Of a stretch of 64,000 nt of DNA, positions 19,891 to 29,765 are shown one piece after another. The notes under the pieces are model-generated. The model saw only the letters and a list, made by a program, of their open reading frames with translations, searched no databases and was not told where the DNA came from. The stretch is from an uncultured Clostridium sp. GTDB taxonomy: Bacteria; Bacillota; Clostridia; TANB77; CAG-508. Both the position numbers and the translations under genes were made by a program. Every line of letters starts with the position of its first letter. Within the stretch, counting starts at the first letter, position 1. The stretch covers positions 1,157-65,156 of the forward strand of contig CANAUI010000001.1 of assembly GCA_947364715.1 (NCBI GenBank), written 5' to 3'.

Positions 19891-20218
19891 CGCGGGGTGG
19901 AGCAGTTGGCAGCTCGTCGGGCTCATAGAGGTAAATTGTGGCTCTACTTAGAAATATGTAGATGAACTGTGGGTGAATTCAAAGAAGGCTAAAGTATTTA
20001 TTTGAATATCATGTTAACTTTGAGCCAAGCTAAAAGTACACTTTTAGAAGGTGCAGAGACTACTGGAGGAATAGAGTTTCCTTAATTACCAGATTTAGTA
20101 CCCACTACCTAAAATAATATTGCAATATTATCAAGGTAAAGACATAGTCCAGCCTATAGTGAAAATTATAGATAACTAAACCCGAAGGTCGATAGTTCGA
20201 GTCTATCCCCCGCAACCA
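19891..20218 (+). tRNA. initiator tRNA-Met (anticodon CAT) interrupted by a group I intron in the anticodon loop
   Basis: 5' exon cgcggggtggagcagttggcagctcgtcgggctcat and 3' exon aacccgaaggtcgatagttcgagtctatcccccgcaacca reconstitute a canonical bacterial tRNA-fMet (C1xA72 mismatch, three G-C pairs in the anticodon stem, encoded CCA). They are separated by ~252 nt. Confidence 0.8.
19927..20178 (+). ncRNA. group I intron (no ORF) inserted after anticodon U36
   Basis: R-like element gtgcagagactac (20051..20063) and S-like element aagacatagtcc (20138..20150) can form P7 (GACTA/TAGTC). P-like aaattgtggctc near the 5' end. Insertion site is the same as known tRNA introns (5' exon ...CAU). Exact 3' boundary uncertain: as read the intron would end in A rather than the expected G. 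Confidence 0.7.
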
Positions 20219-20228
20219 AAGTATAGAA

Positions 20229-20262
20229 ACATTTACAAATTCGTGTAAATGTTTTTTTATTT
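20229..20262 (+). terminator. rho-independent terminator after the tRNA
   Basis: aaacatttaca-aattcg-tgtaaatgttt followed by TTTTTT. Confidence 0.55.
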
Positions 20263-20270
20263 GCACCTTA

Positions 20271-20507
20271 TTATCCTATTTGCACAAAGTGTTTACATTT
20301 AGGGCAAATCCATCCATGATTAACCCCTTTATAATGTTCTACATATTCTGGATTTATATTTGGATGTTTTTCAAGATAATCACATTTACAAAATAAGTTA
20401 TTATATTCCTCCATCTCTTTTTCTGTAACATCAAGATCAATTTCTGTAGTATTAATTGGATTACCATTAATATCTGTTTCCGTTAAGGTAAATTTCATTA
20501 ATCTCAC
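20271..20507 (-). CDS. small Cys-rich (zinc-ribbon-like) protein
   Basis: 78 aa with CKC...CPKCKHF. Last gene of the long minus-strand block. Confidence 0.4.
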   Translation of the reverse strand: MRLMKFTLTETDINGNPINTTEIDLDVTEKEMEEYNNLFCKCDYLEKHPNINPEYVEHYKGVNHGWICPKCKHFVQIG

Positions 20508-20578
20508 TCCTCTACTAAGAGTATAACGTATAAAATAAACTTTGTCAGCACATTTATTTATAATTTAATAATAAGATT

Positions 20579-22060
20579 ATGCACACTTTTCTAGTTGTTC
20601 TTCACAAAGTAGTTCTTCTAGTATATATTCTAATACATTCACAACAATACTATTCCCCGCCTGTTTATAAAGCTGAGTATCTGAAATTCCTACAGATTTT
20701 GCTTTGTAAAAATCTTCATCATCAAACCCGCATAAGCCTCCAGCACTCTAAAGGAGATAGTTTTCTAATTCTCATATAATGTTTTCCATCTTCTGATACA
20801 AGGACAGTTGAACTTGAAGTTGTGTTTCCACAACTTGTAGTTTGACAAGGTGCAATATCAGTTATCTCTTTATTGTTGTATGGATTAAACATTGTTTTTT
20901 CAGCTATTTTTGTTTTAAAATTACTTGCAACAATAGATGTGGCAATCCCTTCTGGATCATAAACTCTGTCTTGTATGCTTAATTTGTTATACTTATTGTT
21001 AATACAAATTGGTTTATCTATATTTTCTAATGTAGCCATATTGGGTGAGGTTAAAATTGTTTGAGATACTTCTTTTCCAACTCTACCTCTTTTTGTTGTA
21101 CTAGATGGATATGATATATTTATGGAATCACCTACTTTTGCTTTTGCATAACCACTCTTTGTACCTTCCTTAACTAGTACAAAAGGTTGCTTACTTCCTC
21201 CATTTGACATAGTAGTTAGAGTAGGAGAAATACCTTCTGGATTATAAACACTTCCAGCTTGATGCTTTTTATTTTCTTCATCATACAACCCTATAATTTT
21301 ATCTACTTTGTTTTCATCTGCTATATATTGATTGTTCCTTCCGTCCATTTTGTGATAACCTGCTATGAGGCAAGAACTTATTTCTGGATTTTGCATAGTT
21401 CTGACTAATTTGTTACTTTTCTTTATTAATCTTCCGATACCTTTTTCACTAAGATAATACTTTTCTTCAACATTATCTTCCAAAAAATCCTTAAGTTTCC
21501 ACAATAAAGGCACTTTGGGTGGAAAACAAAATTCACTTTGTGCTATATCTCCACGTACAGAGATAATAAAAACACGTTCTCGATTCTGTGGAATACCGAT
21601 AATCTTTGCTATTCAATACCTTCCAATAGTTTGTATATCCTAAATCTGATAAATCTTTTAGGATAGAATCAAATTGACTCTTAAACCTTTTGCTAGTTAG
21701 ATTTTTTACATTTTCTATAATACTGTAAGTTGGTCTTTTTTCTTTTAAGATTCTGTATCCTTCGTAGTATAACCCACTCCTAGTTTCATTTTCTTTAATG
21801 CCTTGCATTTTTCCTGCAATCGAAATGTCTTGGCAAGGAAATCCCCATGTCATAATATCAAAGTTTGGCAATATATTTGCATCAATTTTAGATATATCAC
21901 CATAATTCAATTCTTCTGAAACATTATGAATCGCACAATATGATTTAACTGCAAATTTATCTATTTCTGAGAATCCTACTAATTCATAAGGGATTCGTAA
22001 TCTTTCTAATGCTTTTTCAAAAGCCCCTATTCCAGAGAATAGGCTAAATAATTTTAACAT
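20579..22060 (-). pseudogene. C5-cytosine DNA methyltransferase (Dcm-like) interrupted by two 1-nt frameshifts
   Basis: Motif I FSGIGAFE, motif IV GFPCQDIS, motif VI ENV. ...VLNSKDY then frameshift (~21595). Next frame GIPQNRERVFIIS (motif VIII)...RKLSPLECWRLM then frameshift (~20725). Next frame GFDDEDF...QAGNSIVVNVLEYI (motifs IX-X). Confidence 0.75.
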
Positions 22061-22117
22061 ATAATAAGTTGTTCCTCCTTTGTATAAAAAAAGACCTTAG
22101 GACATCCTAAGGCGAAT

Positions 22118-23788
22118 TTAAGCCACTTTAATTTCACTATAGCTTTTATCAATTTCTTTCTTTTTATCTAACACATATTTTTCTAATTCTGTGCCAGTTA
22201 TATTTCCAATTAATTTGTCATCTTTATCATAAATTTCATATTCCTTATCATCAACTAAAAATAGTGTGTAATACTGGTGTTTTTCGTTAAATGCAGTATA
22301 TTTCTTAGGAATATGTATTTTTTCTTTAGTATAAGGTAAATTAATACAAAAGCAATCATTATTAGATTTTTTATAATCAATATGATTGCCTCCAAATTTT
22401 ATATTGTGGATGAAAAGATTGCTTTTTGAAAGTTTTTCTTCTTTAATTGTGTCTAAATGATTAAGTTCTCTTTGCAATTCTAATACTGCTTTTTTTGTCT
22501 TATTAATCTCTATTCTCTTTGGTAAAGAATCTTTTATGATTTGCTTTGCCTCATCTATTGAATTTATCTTTAATTCATTTTGTAAACTTAAAAATATTTC
22601 TACATCTACAGGTAAAGTATAATCTGGATTTACTTCTTTATAAGACATTGCATATTGATAAACCTTAAATAACCTAATATAATCTTGTGCTTTTTCCGTT
22701 CTGTCAATAATCCTATTAAAAGTATCTTTGTTCTTTTTTAACATTTGATTTAAAGATTTTATTTGTTCTCTTTTATTATTTATTTGGATTTCTATATCTT
22801 CAAAGGATTTTATATTATATTTATCCAGGTATTCTAATTGTTGTTTTAATTTGTAATATCTCTTTATCTCTTGATACCTTGTTTTTTGATACTCACTATA
22901 TATTTTACCTTCTGTAGATAACATACTTTTTTCTAAAGCTACTTTTGATTTATTTATTCTATTTATTAATTCATTATTAAATTTATTTTTAGAAACTCTT
23001 ATTTCTTCTAGTACAAGATTGTTTTGCGATTTATAATAGTTATATAAATTTTGTTCAGTATATCTTGAATCAATAGTGGATAATCTTGCATACTTTTGCA
23101 TACCTGTAGTTTTAACTGAAATATGTTTCCCTCTTTTTACACTATATCCAAGTATAGATAGCTCATCTAACATTTGCTCTATACTACTACATTTTAAAAG
23201 TAAATCCTCTACATCTTCTTTGATTTTTTGTTTCCAAGTTTGTTCTTTATATTGATGGTAATAATTTTTATTTTTAACTTTACTAAAGGTTCTCTTAGGC
23301 ATAATATAACAACCATACTCACTTGCAATTTTATCACTTACATCACTTAATCCATAAAGCCCTTCTTTTGGATTAGCCAGTCTATCATCTAACTTTTTAC
23401 CATTTAGATTTATAGAGTTTATCGCTATATGGTTATGAATATGACCTCGATCTATATGTGTACTAATAACACATTCAAAATCTGGATATAATTCTTCACA
23501 AAGTCTTTTACCTATTTCATTAGCTTGCTCTGGTGTTATATTATCGTTTGGTGAAAAACTTTGTATAACATGATAGGCTACTCTATTACCTCTCATATCA
23601 AACTTTTTTTGCGTCCTTGTAAAATTCAATAAAGCAGATTCTACTTTACAATTTATAGATGATGTAGCAGCGACTTTCTCACCATCATTTTTTTCATCTA
23701 AAATATATGAAATTAATTCGTTTGGAGAATTATAATGAGGCATCCTTTTTGTATAAGGCATATTATTCTTCCTCCATTTGTTTCTCAC
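22118..23788 (-). CDS. conjugative relaxase (MobP/MobA-VirD2-like nuclease domain)
   Basis: N-terminal YHVIQSF... and 3-His motif STHIDRGHIHNHIAINSINLNG. Long coiled-coil C-terminus. Confidence 0.7.
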   Translation of the reverse strand: MRNKWRKNNMPYTKRMPHYNSPNELISYILDEKNDGEKVAATSSINCKVESALLNFTRTQKKFDMRGNRVAYHVIQSFSPNDNITPEQANEIGKRLCEELYPDFECVISTHIDRGHIHNHIAINSINLNGKKLDDRLANPKEGLYGLSDVSDKIASEYGCYIMPKRTFSKVKNKNYYHQYKEQTWKQKIKEDVEDLLLKCSSIEQMLDELSILGYSVKRGKHISVKTTGMQKYARLSTIDSRYTEQNLYNYYKSQNNLVLEEIRVSKNKFNNELINRINKSKVALEKSMLSTEGKIYSEYQKTRYQEIKRYYKLKQQLEYLDKYNIKSFEDIEIQINNKREQIKSLNQMLKKNKDTFNRIIDRTEKAQDYIRLFKVYQYAMSYKEVNPDYTLPVDVEIFLSLQNELKINSIDEAKQIIKDSLPKRIEINKTKKAVLELQRELNHLDTIKEEKLSKSNLFIHNIKFGGNHIDYKKSNNDCFCINLPYTKEKIHIPKKYTAFNEKHQYYTLFLVDDKEYEIYDKDDKLIGNITGTELEKYVLDKKKEIDKSYSEIKVA

Positions 23789-24194
23789 GATTTATTTCTT
23801 GCCAAACATCAAAATCTAATTTTTCATCAATTAGTTTTAACATATCCTTTTGGTTGTTAATAACATTAAACATTAGCGATTTAACAGCTTTAATAGATAC
23901 ATCATCTAAGCTAGTGGCATATTTAATTAAATTTCTTAATTCTCTGGTAATCTTTTTTATTTCCTTTGTATAATCTGCGTAGGCATCACATATTCTATCT
24001 GAATTTTTCATATCAACTTTAGTAACCTTTTCATAAATTGCAGCATCACGAATGTATGCAGCAAAACTTTTATAACAATAGTAATCTGCTTTTGTTTCTA
24101 ATAATGTTTTTTCTTCATCTGAAACCCAAACCATAATTCTATGTGTTCTATTTTTTGAATTAAAATTCATATACATTAATCCTCTCTTTTGCAT
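23763..24194 (-). CDS. MobC-like relaxosome accessory protein (RHH)
   Basis: RTHRIMVWVSDEEKTLLETKADYYCYKSFAAYIRDAAIY. Position immediately upstream of and overlapping the relaxase. Confidence 0.5.
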   Translation of the reverse strand: MQKRGLMYMNFNSKNRTHRIMVWVSDEEKTLLETKADYYCYKSFAAYIRDAAIYEKVTKVDMKNSDRICDAYADYTKEIKKITRELRNLIKYATSLDDVSIKAVKSLMFNVINNQKDMLKLIDEKLDFDVWQEINREKQMEEE

Positions 24195-24231
24195 AAAAAA
24201 TAAGAAGTAAAAATCTCACTTCCCTCATAAT

Positions 24232-24879
24232 CTATTTATTAAATAAAAAAATATCGTATGGATAACCTGCCTCAATATATTTTTCTGTTAGTTCCATTTT
24301 ATATTTTTCTAATAATTCTAAATACTTATATTTAAAACAATTTTTACATAGCCATTTAATTCCTTCTTTAGAAATTTTATACTTTCCATTATCAATGAAT
24401 CTATAAGTTTTATTTACTTTCAACATTTTTAGAATTGCTTTTCTTATTGTTTCAGCTTTTCTTTTAAAATACTCATCCAATTCATATACATACATATTAT
24501 CTACAAAAAAATCTTTAGTAGGTACATTTAATAATTCTTCATATAACTGTATTCTAGTTATAAAAAATTCTATATCTGCATCTATTAAAGGTTTTTCTTG
24601 TTGATAATATACATCTAATAACCAGTAAAAGCCTTCTGCTAAAATATAATGTTTTCTACTATCTGGATTTTGACATTTCCATCTACAAGAAGGGTGCTTT
24701 TCATTCATAATATCTATGGCATCAATCAAATCTTTCATATTTATATTTTTATTGGTTCTAGTCTTAATATTTAATAATTTAAAATTTTCTAAAGCTCTAT
24801 GATAAGACATAAAAATTTTCTCTAGTTCTCTTTGTGTATCTGTATTCATAAAATATTCCTCATAATAAATAGATTCCAA
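24232..24879 (-). CDS. hypothetical protein (first gene of the 15-kb operon)
   Basis: 215-aa ORF, tightly packed on the same strand. Confidence 0.5.
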   Translation of the reverse strand: MESIYYEEYFMNTDTQRELEKIFMSYHRALENFKLLNIKTRTNKNINMKDLIDAIDIMNEKHPSCRWKCQNPDSRKHYILAEGFYWLLDVYYQQEKPLIDADIEFFITRIQLYEELLNVPTKDFFVDNMYVYELDEYFKRKAETIRKAILKMLKVNKTYRFIDNGKYKISKEGIKWLCKNCFKYKYLELLEKYKMELTEKYIEAGYPYDIFLFNK

Positions 24880-24893
24880 TTTTAAATTAAATA

Positions 24894-25553
24894 TTATTTT
24901 TCTATATCATATTCTTCTGTTTTTGATTCTTCTGCATGAAGCCATTTATTATAAACAGTATCATAAGTTTGGTCTGTTAATTGGCATAATTTCTCAAAAC
25001 ATCTTTCTCTAACAATAGTATCAGAATCTCCACCAAGTAATTCATATACATCTTTACCTTTACCAGAGTTTAGTAAATTATTTAATTCCAGAAAAGTAGC
25101 AGTATCAGATAATGTTTCTCCTACATCATCACTTGGATATTCTTTAAGATACCATGATTTAATTGATATATCTAATTTCACAATTAGATTCCTTAACTTT
25201 TCATCATTCTCTTTTACTATACGAGTAATCGTATTTTTTACATTTAATTTAGTATTTTCTATATCCTTAGCATTTAATTTATAATTTAAAATAGATTGAT
25301 TGCAGCTATCTAATAATTGATTAAAATGCTTATCTAAAATTGCATCTAAATATTTTAGTCTATTTTCACTCCATTTAGAATAATCTATATATACATTTAT
25401 TCCTGTTGGCTCAGATCCTTTTGACACAAATATTTTAATACCAGACTTATTGTATTGATAATGTAAAGTACATCTCATTTTAATTCCTCCATAATCAAAT
25501 TTTCTTTTGTTGTGCAATATATTTTTTATCACTAACTTTGTTAAGCCATTCAA
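24894..25553 (-). CDS. hypothetical protein; C-terminus ...TEEYDIEK
   Basis: 219-aa ORF. Confidence 0.5.
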   Translation of the reverse strand: MNGLTKLVIKNILHNKRKFDYGGIKMRCTLHYQYNKSGIKIFVSKGSEPTGINVYIDYSKWSENRLKYLDAILDKHFNQLLDSCNQSILNYKLNAKDIENTKLNVKNTITRIVKENDEKLRNLIVKLDISIKSWYLKEYPSDDVGETLSDTATFLELNNLLNSGKGKDVYELLGGDSDTIVRERCFEKLCQLTDQTYDTVYNKWLHAEESKTEEYDIEK

Positions 25554-26052
25554 TAAATTCCTTTTGATTATTATAGCTTAATTTTGTTAATAACCTTTGT
25601 TCATAAATGTTGTACCAGCCTTTATCTGTTTCCTCTTTTGTTGCATTATCTGGTATCATCTCTTTGTGATGTTCAGGACAAAAAAGAGTATTCTCGACCT
25701 CTTTAATTATGTTTTTAAAAAATTGTCTTACACATTTCTTGTATTGGTCCATATCCTCAATTTGTAGTTCTTTAAAACTTACAAATTCATAATTGGCTAC
25801 TTCATGACTATTTAAAGTATTTGTTCTAATATATACTTGTATATTTTCATCAATATATAATCTAAAAAATACTTCAAATTTCTTTATTGTTAAAATATAT
25901 TTTTTATTTTTTTCTAAAGACATTTTGCCTTTATAAATCGCTGTATATTTATTAAAGACCTTTTCAATTTCATCTTTATTAAATCTTTCAATTTGTTTTT
26001 TTATATCCGTATAAACCACCTTCCTTAAATTTAAAAATCTTAATACTAGCAA
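25495..26052 (-). CDS. hypothetical protein
   Basis: 185-aa ORF. Confidence 0.45.
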   Translation of the reverse strand: MLVLRFLNLRKVVYTDIKKQIERFNKDEIEKVFNKYTAIYKGKMSLEKNKKYILTIKKFEVFFRLYIDENIQVYIRTNTLNSHEVANYEFVSFKELQIEDMDQYKKCVRQFFKNIIKEVENTLFCPEHHKEMIPDNATKEETDKGWYNIYEQRLLTKLSYNNQKEFIEWLNKVSDKKYIAQQKKI

Positions 26053-26262
26053 AGCGAAGTATTAAGAGATGAGCAAAATCTCATTTTGCGTCGAATGAGT
26101 CAGGTATTTTTTACCGACTAACATTCGCCAGCATGGTGTTTTGACACCTCTAATGCTGTTTAGGGAAAACTCCCTAAGACCCTTTTAGCCCGCTGGGAGA
26201 AATTTTTTTGAGTTGATTTTTGAAAAAAGTGAAGCAAAAATGCTCCACTTAATCTCAATTTT

Positions 26263-26637
26263 TTATTCATAATCATAGTCAATTTCACTATCCTTTTTTA
26301 AAGATTTTTCTTTGTTTTTTATATCAAAAATTTCTAATTCTGATACATTAATTGGTTCTTTATCGTACCATTCTATTGATTTTTTTATATCATCACTCCA
26401 AGTTAATCCTTTATGATTTACATACTCAAATAAAAATATATTTTCATCTAAATTATTAATTTGAGCAAGACTTTGAAACTCACTAAATGTATTTGTTCCA
26501 TTTAAAATATCTGTTATTCCCAGGTATTTTAGAAAATCTTTAAACTTGTTAAATTCATTTTCATTTGTAACTTTTATTGTATTGTTTCCAGATAAAAAAT
26601 CAATCCATTTATAATTATAAGTTTTCAAATTTTTCAC
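26263..26637 (-). CDS. acidic hypothetical protein with C-terminal ...EIDYDYE
   Basis: 124-aa ORF. Confidence 0.5.
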   Translation of the reverse strand: MKNLKTYNYKWIDFLSGNNTIKVTNENEFNKFKDFLKYLGITDILNGTNTFSEFQSLAQINNLDENIFLFEYVNHKGLTWSDDIKKSIEWYDKEPINVSELEIFDIKNKEKSLKKDSEIDYDYE

Positions 26638-26640
26638 CTC

Positions 26641-27309
26641 TCAATATTCACATTCTATATCATTTTCCTTCTCATTTTCTTTTGATTTTTTATTTATATG
26701 CTCATAAATAGAATTTACATTTTGACTTACTACTTTTATTCCGTTAAAGGCATCTGTGTCTAATTTAATTTCTGAATTATCCTCAAAAGTTATAGTAGTT
26801 AAATACTTGCCATCCGAAAAATCTTCTGTAGAAACATACATATATTTTATATTTAATTTATCCATTAGTTCTTTATATAGAGAAGATAAATGATATAATC
26901 CTTCATCATAATCATTGCCATATTCCATTAGATTTTTTATTTTATGTTCTCTAAAATAATCTATAACTTTAGAAAGGATAACTTCTGAATAATTAGATTT
27001 ATCTATTCTATAGTCATCAATAAAATCTTGGTATGTTATTAAGCCACAAGCCAATCTAATTATACCTTTATTAAAATCATAATCTTCTGTAGATTCTAAA
27101 CTGTCATATTTTTGGTTATATTTAATGTCTTGTGTATTAAAATATAGATGCAATGAATTTTCAAAATACTCTAATTGTTCTATGGTAAAATGACTAAAAA
27201 AATCATCTACATTCTTATCTGATATGATATATTTTTTTATTAGAGGATATTTGGTTTCTGTTTCAATTTTATCTTGTATAGTATTCATATAATCCCCCTT
27301 TAACCACAA
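26641..27309 (-). CDS. acidic hypothetical protein (C-term ...DIECEY)
   Basis: 222-aa ORF, 3-nt spacing to the downstream gene. Confidence 0.5.
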   Translation of the reverse strand: MWLKGDYMNTIQDKIETETKYPLIKKYIISDKNVDDFFSHFTIEQLEYFENSLHLYFNTQDIKYNQKYDSLESTEDYDFNKGIIRLACGLITYQDFIDDYRIDKSNYSEVILSKVIDYFREHKIKNLMEYGNDYDEGLYHLSSLYKELMDKLNIKYMYVSTEDFSDGKYLTTITFEDNSEIKLDTDAFNGIKVVSQNVNSIYEHINKKSKENEKENDIECEY

Positions 27310-28196
27310 ATTCCTAAATCATATTCATCATCTTTTGTTACAGTATTTTCATTATAAGTATCTTTATTTAATTCAACTTCTAATCTACATTTATAAAGTA
27401 CATCAGAGTTAAGTTTATTTAAACTACGTTTGATAACATCAGCAGCTGATACTATTTCTCTAATAGTTGGTGGATTTTCTTGTCTTTCTCTTTCCATTAC
27501 CATTTGATTAATATAGCTTTCAGTATTAAAAGAATTGTATATATAATTAAGGTTTCTCATAATTCTTGAAACATCATAATTTAAAACATCAATATTAAAA
27601 GAATAACTTATATTAGACTTTATATCTTTAGATAATTTTAAATAGTTATCTGTATCTATTTGTGCTTTCCAACCACAATTTTCAATGATTGATTTCAATT
27701 TGTTAAGAGGTATTTTATCAATATTTATAGATTCTCTTTCATTATAATATTTACCTATTTTTAGTTCTTTAAAGATGTTATCTCTATCACTAAATCTAGT
27801 CCATAACCCTCTATGGCTTAATAGTTCGTTCTCTAAATCTCTAAACGAATTATTATAATATGCTCTAAATCCTTGTAAATCATAGTGAGCAATATCTTCA
27901 CAGGCATATATAAAAAAGTGGTACATTTCTTTGGTTAAACCATCCAAAGTTCCACTTTTTTGTAACTTTCTATATGCTTTTATAATCTTTTCAAAAGGAT
28001 ATACACTATTCCCATCATAAAGTATATCCGATTTTAATTTGTTTTTATCAATACATTCTTGTATTAATAGTCTGTCTTTAGATTCATTACCTGTTAATTC
28101 TAAATTTTCGATTATTGTTTTTTCATTTTGAATGATAGCCTTACTTCCATATAAAGTAATAGCTTTTCCATTTATATTTATTGTTATATTATTCAA
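27300..28196 (-). CDS. hypothetical protein (C-term ...DDEYDLGICG)
   Basis: 298-aa ORF. Confidence 0.5.
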   Translation of the reverse strand: MNNITININGKAITLYGSKAIIQNEKTIIENLELTGNESKDRLLIQECIDKNKLKSDILYDGNSVYPFEKIIKAYRKLQKSGTLDGLTKEMYHFFIYACEDIAHYDLQGFRAYYNNSFRDLENELLSHRGLWTRFSDRDNIFKELKIGKYYNERESINIDKIPLNKLKSIIENCGWKAQIDTDNYLKLSKDIKSNISYSFNIDVLNYDVSRIMRNLNYIYNSFNTESYINQMVMERERQENPPTIREIVSAADVIKRSLNKLNSDVLYKCRLEVELNKDTYNENTVTKDDEYDLGICG

Positions 28197-28215
28197 ATTT
28201 TAATCACCCCTTTTC

Positions 28216-28731
28216 CTAAATATCTATATCATATTCATTATCTTTTTGAGTTTTATTATCCTTAAATTGCAAGCTATTTATTGATTCATTTGCCTTTTCC
28301 CATTCTTTATTATTTATTAATGATGCTATTTCTTTTATATCTTTTAATATTTTTGTATCATATATTCTATACATAAATGCTGCTGAAACTTCATTAAGGT
28401 TACCATTAAAATCTACAAAATCATTTGATTCAGATTCTTTAAATAATTCTGTAGGTTCTATAAATGAAAATTGTCTTTCAACTATATCTTTTAGCATATC
28501 TATCGGATTTTTATTAGCACCATAAAATGTAATATATGCCCCATTATTCTCTTTTAGTTGTTTAATATGTTCTTGAATTTCATTATCTTTGTACTTTGGT
28601 TGAGGTACACGTCGATTCATAATAAAGAATTCTTTTCCATCTTTTATCATAAAATTGGGATACATAAGGCAATCGTTCATATTCCAATGATCATAACTTT
28701 TAAATGGCTTTTTTTCAATAAATTTAATCAC
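28216..28731 (-). CDS. hypothetical protein with C-terminal ...NEYDIDI
   Basis: 171-aa ORF. Confidence 0.5.
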   Translation of the reverse strand: MIKFIEKKPFKSYDHWNMNDCLMYPNFMIKDGKEFFIMNRRVPQPKYKDNEIQEHIKQLKENNGAYITFYGANKNPIDMLKDIVERQFSFIEPTELFKESESNDFVDFNGNLNEVSAAFMYRIYDTKILKDIKEIASLINNKEWEKANESINSLQFKDNKTQKDNEYDIDI

Positions 28732-28742
28732 TTTATCACCTC

Positions 28743-29702
28743 CTAATAATCTGATAAACTATCTGCAATATCGTAATTATTATTTGCTATTTCTTTTTCA
28801 TTTTCTTGGCAAATTCTTAAAAATTTATCTTTAAAATAAGTAGATAATTCCTGTAAATCTTGATGATATTCAGTAAAATCTTTTAATGATTCTGTTATGC
28901 TAAATGCTTGTTTATAATCATTACCTTGTCTATGAAGGTCTATTTCATCATCTATAGAAAAGTTTTCTGCCACTTTTTCTAATTCTTCCTCTATTTTGTC
29001 AACATTATATAAATTTCTAAAATCTTCAAACTGTATTGTCTGAATCATATCAACTCCACCATTAGTCCATTTTTCTATTTCAAAGCCTTGCTTTACACCA
29101 TCATATATTAATAAACTCGTTTTATATTCAAAGTGTTCAAATGTTTTTACAATATTTTCTATAAAGTTTTTTTCTTCATTTGTTTCAATATATTGTGATG
29201 TTTCTAACTGTTTAATATTAAAATCTTCATTTATTTTCTTTCCATAACTTACTCTAATATTATTAATACATTCATCATAATTTGTAATCATTATTTCTTT
29301 TGGAGGTAAAATATAAACCCCATTACTACAAATTATTTCAATAGGTTTATTAGATAAATTTTTGATATAATTACTATTACTATCACTTATACCAGTATTA
29401 ATATCATAGAATAAATCTAATTGATTATTAGTTTTTGTGTAATCATAAAAAATTTCTCCATTATCAGAAATAAATGGATGTTTTTTTTCATCTGCTTTGA
29501 AAAATAGAATTTCATTTTTATATTCAAAATATTTTTTATTGAAATCTACAATCATTTGCTTAAATTCTTCTAAATTTTTAACATTTTCTAATTGTTTGTA
29601 GCAATCTTTTCCTAAATTATCTACTCCCATACCACCATTAAATTGAGTTGATTTCCATATTTCGTTATCATTTGTTATTGCAAACATTGTTCCTCTGTGC
29701 AT
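28743..29702 (-). CDS. hypothetical protein (C-term ...SLSDY)
   Basis: 319-aa ORF. Confidence 0.5.
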   Translation of the reverse strand: MHRGTMFAITNDNEIWKSTQFNGGMGVDNLGKDCYKQLENVKNLEEFKQMIVDFNKKYFEYKNEILFFKADEKKHPFISDNGEIFYDYTKTNNQLDLFYDINTGISDSNSNYIKNLSNKPIEIICSNGVYILPPKEIMITNYDECINNIRVSYGKKINEDFNIKQLETSQYIETNEEKNFIENIVKTFEHFEYKTSLLIYDGVKQGFEIEKWTNGGVDMIQTIQFEDFRNLYNVDKIEEELEKVAENFSIDDEIDLHRQGNDYKQAFSITESLKDFTEYHQDLQELSTYFKDKFLRICQENEKEIANNNYDIADSLSDY

Positions 29703-29765
29703 ATAATTTCTCCTTTATCTAATAAAAAATATGACTGTCTTATATCAACAGCCATAGTAAAAATT

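Noticed and set aside
20579-20779. Plus-strand ORF 20579..20779 (66 aa)
   Set aside because: Lies antisense to the frameshifted C-terminal segment (motifs IX-X) of the C5-methyltransferase. Explained by that gene.
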